Positions 56,588 through 64,000 of a DNA stretch of 64,000 bases are shown piece after piece. The first letter of the stretch is position 1, and each line of letters begins with the position of its first letter. The notes below the pieces were generated by a model that was not told where the DNA came from, made no database searches, and saw only the letters and a program-made list of their open reading frames with translations. Source of the DNA: Dicyema japonicum (lineage: Eukaryota > Animalia > Dicyemida); NCBI GenBank assembly GCA_011109175.1, contig RDEW01000015.1:638310-702309 (forward strand), written 5' to 3'. The position numbers and the translations under genes were made by a program.

Positions 56588-58790
56588 ATGTCAGCTAAAA
56601 AAGATGCTGAAACTGAAAATCGGAATAACAATGTAAAAGGAGGCGAATGTTTCAAAGTGCAAAATAATACTAATGTTGAAATTTCCACCTTCAGAAATTG
56701 CCTTGAGGAACTAAAAGTACAAATTGAGAAAATTAAGTCAATTCCGAGGGATACTCGAAAACCAACACTCAAAATTCAGAGAAAGTATGTCAAAGTTAAT
56801 GTTTTGTCGGACTAAATTCTGCAATATATTATATTACGAAAGATAATCCGCCTCAAGATATCAATCAATTACTGATATTCTATATGCTACACAGTGTGCT
56901 TATATGACTTTAACTGCGAAGGTTAAACCGCAAAGTACGTGGTTGGAGAACACTGAAAAGAAAATCTCAAAGCTGATGACAGAACTAGAACTTGTCAATC
57001 GCTTTTCCAGACAAGCTCTACGTGTATGAAAACAAATGGTTATAAATGTTCTTGTGCCTATGGATACAAAAGGGCCAAAAAAGGGGAGGTTGTCAAGATT
57101 GAGGCTCTACTATGTGACCTTGTCAGAATTAAGAAGCAAATAGCTGTACATTATTCGAGGATGGACTTTCGCAAGGACAACTGTTGTTTTGAATTAAATC
57201 GAAGAAGATTTTATCGGAACCTATCAGCGAGCAATGAAGTAACGTTATATGGTTTCGATGATGAGGATTGCATGTCGTTCTGTGAAAAAGTAATTCTATG
57301 TTCCCAACACTCCAAATTAATCAGGAGGATCCTAATACACTGACTTATTCATTGATGACCTAAAGATATTTGGGCTAAAAAAGATACTGCTATTAAAATG
57401 TTGAAAGTTGTTCGCGATTTCTTTCATGTTGCCGGCTTGGAGATGAATTCGGAAAAGTCACTTTCTAATGTTAGACTCTGGAAGGTCAGTGGATATCGAT
57501 ATTTGGGTGTTTTTGAAGACGAGGGAAGTAATGTTCTTAAAAGCAAAGTTATGAAGTCCATGCTTGAAAATGCTAAGAAGAGAATAACCATGCTTTCAAA
57601 AACAAAGTTAAATTCTGTGAACTTATTTCGTGCATAAATGAATACGCAATGTCCTATATAACTATTATATAGGATTAATTAATATTAACCTTACGAATTT
57701 GATGATATTGACCAACAAATACGGCAACTGCTTACGTCACTCAGTTGCACCTCAAACCTGCAAATAAAGAGAGGCTGTATTTGGACAGGAAGACTTTTGG
57801 AAGAGGACTTTCCTCGATTTCATTAAGAGCGAATTAATACTTTTCCAGTTTTTTAAAAGTTTGGAAAAACAATCGACTGTGTGTTGCGAAGGTCGGGATT
57901 CTGCGAGTAATAAAAAAAAAATGGCACTTGGCTACAATCGCAGGATTTTTGCCTCTAAATATGCAATTGCCGACAGGGAAAGCATGGATAGTTAATCCTC
58001 AAGGACACTCAGAAAAAATATTTATTAAATACAATTTATTGCTAAATAGTGATTATTACGAAGACATAATGAAGTGTAAAGTGCATCCATCTTCATTTTT
58101 GTCAAATTTATGGAATCAAAAGCATGAAATTGAAAGGACATTCGCTTCAGTCAATATTGACGAATCAAAATGTCGAAATTAGAGTTGACGTCGATTTTGA
58201 CAGAATCAAAATTACAATAAATAAACCTGATATTTTTGTTCATGACAAAATAAAGAAGGAAGTAACTTTAATTGAAGTGGGGATTACCTCACAAGACCGA
58301 CTAAAGCAAGTTAAAGTTGAGAACTTCACAAATATGACTTGCTAGCAAATGAACTTTCGCTGCTCTATGAATGCCAAGTGAAGATTATTCCAGTGGTTTT
58401 GACATGGGATGGAGTTGTCTCAAGATGCTTCAAGAATCACATGGATAAATTATCTATTGAAGAATCAACGAGGACTTACATCCAATCGGTTGTACTGAAG
58501 GGAACGCTCGAAAGTATGCTCATTGAACATAAGCATTGGATGAAGGTATACGATGAAGAGTACGCCTCTGCTACCTCCCAACTTGTGGAACTGGCATGCC
58601 GTGAGGACAGCCCACTGACTCTTAACGGAGATATTTTGACTGAATCTGATGTGGAGATGCGGAGTAACAGGGAAGTTATGGCACACTCTTTTTCTAAGAG
58701 AAGAAGAGGGATTACCAACAATCTGGATCAAAATACGCTTAATTAGTTAATTTACTCGTTATTAATTTAATAATCTAAAGTAATAAAATT
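56588..58790 (+). mobile_element. R4/Dong-like RLE retrotransposon with internal deletion of most of the RT
   Basis: DILYATQ, IDDLK, YRYLGV, KPANKERLYLDRKTFGRGL, KPDIFV...IEVGITSQDRL, IIPVVLTWDGVV, YIQSVVLKGTLES. A further decayed RLE piece lies near 59050-59270. Confidence 0.8.
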
Positions 58791-59656
58791 TATCTTTGTA
58801 TTCGACTTATCATCTTTGATCCCAAAGTTATGTTTTTGAACTGTAAAATTTACGTTTTAAATCGATTTAACTAAAATATGAATTTACAATAAATTTTAAA
58901 ACTCCATAATTTTGAGCTATTTTAGACAAATTCCTGTTATACCTTTTCACTTAATGTTGTGGAGTGTTTGAGTATGCAGAAAATCAAAAAAGTAAAAAGG
59001 AACATTCAGTCACTACATCAATATTGCATATATTGTATTGAAAATAGAAATATTCGTATATAACAGGATGACAAATGAGATATCCCTCATTGAAATTACG
59101 TCACAGGATTATATAAAACAGGGTTGAATGTTACAAGTATGAATTTTTATTGGAGGACTCTCGCTTATTTACGACTCTTATTTACTTCTATGGTTAGGAC
59201 CTGGGATGTAGTTGTCTCAAAGTACTTCAAGAATTATAAGTATTAATGAATAAACGATAGTGGTTGGACATAAACATGGAATCAAGGTATCAGATAGAGT
59301 TCGTCTCTATTTTAACCACCTTATAAAGTGGCATGGGTTGGATATGGAGGATGAGTTGGCAGTTCTAATCTACTGTAATGAATAGCTGTAATAGCAATTA
59401 ATATCTTTTACCTTATAAGGAATGTCTGATTTGTGCATTAAAGGCACTGTTATTGCATTTATGACAAAAAAGTAAATGATCAAAGCTCACACTATTAGAG
59501 AATATTATTAGACACAACATTATAGTCTATAAGACCAAATCATAGTGTTTACTGAAAAATCAAAGTTAAGATAACTTTATAAGTGGAATAGTATACAACA
59601 AATTTTATTAAGCAAAGCACATTAAAGCAAAATAATCATAGAAGCTTTCAAGTATT

Positions 59657-59913
59657 CTAACTGGAAGGAGATTTCCAGGAAGAGTTGTGAGGGATATTTT
59701 CAGGGGTGGCATGCTGAGATCCAGTCGAATTCTTCAAAAACGAGTCCTTGTCCATTTCTGGTTGTACCTTAGACATGGCCATGTTGTAATCTCCTGAATC
59801 GAAGAACTTTTTCTCTGCACTTTGTCTTTTCTCGAACGATTGATTCTTCACTGGACTTCCATTAGTATCTCTAAAATTATTTTTATGAATTTTTACGTCA
59901 CACCACCGGGCAT
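59657..59913 (-). CDS. ENSA: Endosulfine (ENSA/ARPP19 family), 2 exons, 76 aa
   Basis: KFFDSGDYNMA Greatwall-site motif and TG..HATPENIP. Start ATG at 59913 with a 26-nt intron at 59871-59896; spliced length 231 nt. Confidence 0.92.
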
Positions 59914-60249
59914 TTTAACAATAAAATAAATTTTTATAGTAAAGTATTTTATTTATTTCATGAAGTTAACTGATTTTTAATTTAATTTTCAATATAATTA
60001 AAATAATCCATAAATCATATATAATAATAATTTTATACATTTTTTATAATTTTAATTTTTTTAACACTAAAAATAATTAATAGGTTAATTCCAATTAAGA
60101 TGCTCTCTATCCAATTCGTTTCCTTTTTCGAGTAACTATGGGAGTAAACCCAATTGTCACGGTCCTTTTCCTTTTCCTCAATATATCTTGACATCACTTC
60201 GCTCACACTCTTCTCTTGAATTACTTTATAATCAGACGGAGAGTAAATA

Positions 60250-61962
60250 TGTCACATGGGCGGCGCGTAACGCATGGGCAGCCTGTTACTTTTTTTCGAC
60301 CTTGAAAAGGTCTTTTGATTATCCGACATTATTATTATTACCCTCAGGATCACTGGGTAAAAGAAAGAAATAAAAGTTCTCATCTAACTAAGTGATCCCA
60401 GACCGACAAAGGTGAGGATGAGTCCTCATTAGATTATCCGACATTTAATTTTATATATCCGATTTATATCGTGATTTAATCCTGTTAAATTAGTTTTTTA
60501 TTCATAAATGTTATGATTATAAAGATTTTATTTTTTATAGCGGTAAACCTAGATTTCTAGCGTGATTTATAGCATGGAAGATTATTTTGTTGCAATGGCT
60601 TCTTACAAGGGTTTTGTGAAAGATTGCGTTGAATATCAAACTTTGAAAGATGCTTTGCATGATAAATTTCCCGAAAATCTTCCGAGGCACCGAAAATATA
60701 GGCTTGTAAAGAAGATAGAGAATTTTTCTATTATCAATGACAGGTATTGTAGATTGCAATAATTTTAGACTGTATCTTAAATCAACTGATCCCAAGTTAG
60801 TCATATCCCTGGATAATGAAACCGAAATGGAGCATGTTGAGAAATCGTTGCACGAGTTTTCACACGGAGGAGTCAATAAAATTGAGTATGAATGTCGACA
60901 AAAATACTTCACTGTAAAGAATGAGATTATCAGAAAAGTCATTCGAAATTGTGAAGTCTGCAAATTTTCGCGTCCTTTAAAAGTTCGTGATTTTTTTAAT
61001 TGGAGATATAAATCACCATATGTTTGCTTCTTCTCCAAATGAACGTTTTCAGGTAGATCTAATAGACCTGAAAAAATTTTCAACATTAAATGAAAATTTC
61101 AAATGAATTTTAGCGGTCATTGACATATATAGTATGTTGTTTTTTTTAATTTATAGATTCGCTTTTGTACGACCACTCTAATAATTCTGGTAAAGAAGTA
61201 TGTGAAAACTTAAGATCTTCGTTCCGCCTGAATGGGCCATGTAAATTTCTTCAGTCGGACAATGGTTCTGAATTTAAAAATCAAGAAATAACAAAACTTT
61301 GCGAAGATTTTAACATTAAGCAAATTCACGGAAGGCCTAACAATTCACGAGCACAAGGACTTAGATAATTTAAGTGATAAGTGTGCGATTCCAGAACAAA
61401 TTGACGATTTGGTTAATTGTTCGACTCCAGAATCTATTGAAAATTCACGTAGTTTGATTTAAAAAAATTTATATCTAGATAATTCCCAGTCAGATAATTT
61501 GTGTCCGAATGCGAAGAGATTCAATTTCGAAATTAAATCGATTGAAGAAAATTCTAATTATTACAAAGCTATGAACAGGAAAATGAATGTTCATAATAGT
61601 AAATATACTTTTAACATGGGAGATAAAGTATGAATCAAAAACATTAATAGGTTCGGGCTAAAAAGGACTTTGGAACAAATCCCTCATTGCGACTGGATAA
61701 GTTTGAGTCTCAGTATTATCCAGTTGCAGAAATAATTAATATTTTATCGAATAATCGCGTGGAGGTAGTTTTAAATGGTTTAATTTGATAGATAAAAAAT
61801 TCGAAAGGAGAAATATCGACTGTATTAATGACTAGACTAAAAAAAGTTACTTAAATTTAATTTTTTGTGGTTAATAAATCATTTATATAATTAATTGAAG
61901 TTAATCTTGGTTCAAGGTTAATGTAACAGGCTGCCCATAGGTAACGCTTGGCCCATGTGACA
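60250..61962 (+). mobile_element. Ginger-type DNA transposon (DDE integrase) with TIRs, TSD and micro-introns; degenerate ORF
   Basis: About 40-bp imperfect TIRs starting TGTCACATGGG (60250-60289 and 61923-61962) and 5-bp TSD AAATA. H-x3-H-x28-C-x2-C, QVDLID, LQSDNGSEF, HGRP..SRAQG, FNMGDKV. 25-nt introns at 60744-60768 (restores NDRLYLK) and probably 61132-61156. Confidence 0.88.
60331..60431 (-). mobile_element. 101-bp RTE 3'-end retro-insert inside the Ginger left arm
   Basis: 14-bp TSD GATTATCCGACATT at 60317-60330 and 60432-60445; (TAA)n tail; sequence shared with 39339-39395. Confidence 0.85.
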
Positions 61963-62299
61963 AAATATTCTTTATTCCTTCATTAAGTTTATCAAAACGC
62001 CGCGAAACGTCGACTTGGTGCCTACATGATACAATCATACTCTCCAAAGTCTACTTGATTACCAGCGATTGAACATACGTTCTTTCACTTATATTCAAAG
62101 ATCTGTCATATTCCAGAATGTACAGTCACTAGGTCATCCCAGGTGAGGATTTAACTACATAGCCGTCAGGTGATTCCAGCCGCCTCGAGTAGGCATCTCG
62201 TTCTTGCTGGGTTCCTACGCATTTCCAGATTGGGCGACGGTTTCTAACTTTTTTGGAGGGTAGTAAGGCTCCAGTTTTCCTCACTAATTCCTCAAAAGG

Positions 62300-64000
62300 T
62301 GTAGGGTTTAGAGGTTTCCAAGAAAACCTTTGCAAAGCCTTAAGGCCATTTTTTGGAAGATTTTGATTTTTTCTATATTCCTGTTTGATAGGTTGGTTCC
62401 CCATGCAGCACACCCGTAAGTTAGAGACGGTTGAATATACTGCACGTAGAGCGAGTCCAAATTTGAGTTGAAACACCCATTATATTTTCCAAGGAGTGTT
62501 TTAACAAAATTTAGCTTTCGTTGTGCCTAAGAGATGACGTTGTCGATGTGTTTGCTGAAGGTCAAGAGTGGGTCGTAAGTTACGCCCAGTATCTTGACCG
62601 AGTTGGTCGTGGGGATTGAGTTTCCATTTATGGTTACACATGGAGCGGAGTTTGTCAATCTTCTGTTTGTTGCGAAAATTTTTGTATAAGACTTTTCGGG
62701 ACTTGTATGTAAAATGTTCTTAACGAGCCAACATTTCAGATCGTCCAATAAAGCTTGATCCGGTAAACAGCAATATTAACGCACTTGTCTTTGACTGCGA
62801 CGATTATATCATCCGCATATGTCAAAACCAGAGTATCGTCACTGGTATGAGAGGGCATATCATTCAAGAATAGGTTGAATAGGTGTGGTGAAAGTGGAGA
62901 TCCTTGAAGGACCCCATTTGGAAGGAACTTGGTCACTGATCTAGTTTTTCCAGCAGTTACTCTTCCTCTTCTTCCATTTAGGAAATTAGCGATCCAGATT
63001 TTCAGGTTGTTTGGAATTTTTGACGTAAAGATCTTCCTTGTCAAAAGCTTTCTTGGGACAGTGTCAAAAGCCTTTTCTATATCGATGGAGCATAACAAAG
63101 ACTTCTGATGAGTTTGCGCTTTAGTCCATCCTTGATGAAATTTGTAAGGCATGTAAGATGCGTTTCTGTGGAGTGTCCTTTTCTGAATCCGTGTTGAAAA
63201 GGTGCATCAGGAAGGTATGGTTTGATTTAGTTCAAGAATCAGCTTTTCCAAAAGTTTTGATGTAACACATAGGAGAGATATTGGTCTGTATGAGGGTGGT
63301 GATCCCTTTGGTCGCCCGGGTTTGAGAATTGGTCGTATGTTTGATAGCTTCCATATGGAAGGAATACAATTTTCGTTGATTGAAAGTTGAAAATTTTTGT
63401 GAGGGCCATGATAGCATAGGGGCCTATGTTTTTCAGAACTATTGCAGGAATTCCGTCCGGACCACAGGGTCGAGTTTTGACCCTTGACCATATTCTGTAC
63501 GTTCTCCACAGAGAGGACAATCGGAGAGGTGGCTCTTTTAGGTTTAAGGGCTAGGATAGATAGAACTTTGAATTTCTTGTGTGGGATGAAACTCGTGGAG
63601 GAGTAGTACTTCATAAGTTTGTTTAGGAAGATCATGTTTTCCATTTCATCACGTGTGGCCGGGTTGTCAGCGTTACTAAAGCTTCTAAGTGTTTTCCACA
63701 TTTTTGTAAGGAGTTCTGCTTGTTTAAATTGGAATGAGGTTTTTCCAAACTTTCTCTTGTTTCTTCTTTGCATTGTTCCTGATCTCTCTTTCTAATGTAC
63801 GAATTCTCAATCTTGTTTCCAGGATTGTTTTTGGAGGCTTTTTAGGTAATTTCTTTCCTTCATGAGTGGATCGGCTCTGGGGTATAAATTCTTTCTTGAG
63901 GTCAGTGGCCTTCTTTTAGTACAAATTTTCATTCCCTCGCGTACCACTCTATTAAAATAGTGTAGTGCTTTATCGATGGAGTTGAAATTGGATAAATGAA
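62300..64000 (-). mobile_element. Jockey/I-group-like LINE reverse transcriptase, frameshifted, running off the right edge
   Basis: GPDGIP, YRPISLL, QHGFRKGHST, DIEKAFD, QGSPLSP, YADD, KILGVTYD. Confidence 0.85.

Larger units (their letters stand above)
60080..62230 (-). mobile_element. R4/Dong-like 3' segment split by the Ginger insertion (60080-60249 and 61963-62230)
   Basis: The two flanks join to match the uninterrupted copy at 46180-46520. Confidence 0.8.

Overview
AT-rich eukaryotic (animal) genomic DNA. It is not prokaryotic, and it contains no CRISPR array or operon. Compact, conserved genes are broken by extremely short GT-AG introns: I reconstructed 33 introns of 22-29 nt in six genes, which is why the ORF track looks fragmented. 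Reconstructed genes: a ZC3H4/6/8-like CCCH protein, a fusion of an integrase-type H2C2 domain with C2H2 zinc fingers, DHX8/PRP22, a nicotinic acetylcholine receptor alpha subunit, TNFAIP8, pICln (CLNS1A), cytidine deaminase and endosulfine, plus tRNA-Ser(AGA). pICln and cytidine deaminase are absent from the ORF track. A large part of the window is mobile DNA. This includes about 12 segments of CRE-like RLE retrotransposons (one full-length, TSD-flanked copy next to the tRNA gene), many RTE-like LINEs (one full-length with a nested insertion), R4/Dong-like elements and a Jockey/I-like RT. It also includes hAT and Merlin relics and a TIR/TSD-bounded, intron-containing Ginger-type DNA transposon. 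The intron size and gene content suggest a highly reduced parasitic metazoan such as a dicyemid; this is an inference, not an identification. Several otherwise intact genes carry a single indel in a short base run, most likely an assembly error. All family assignments come from motif recognition by eye, with no database searches.
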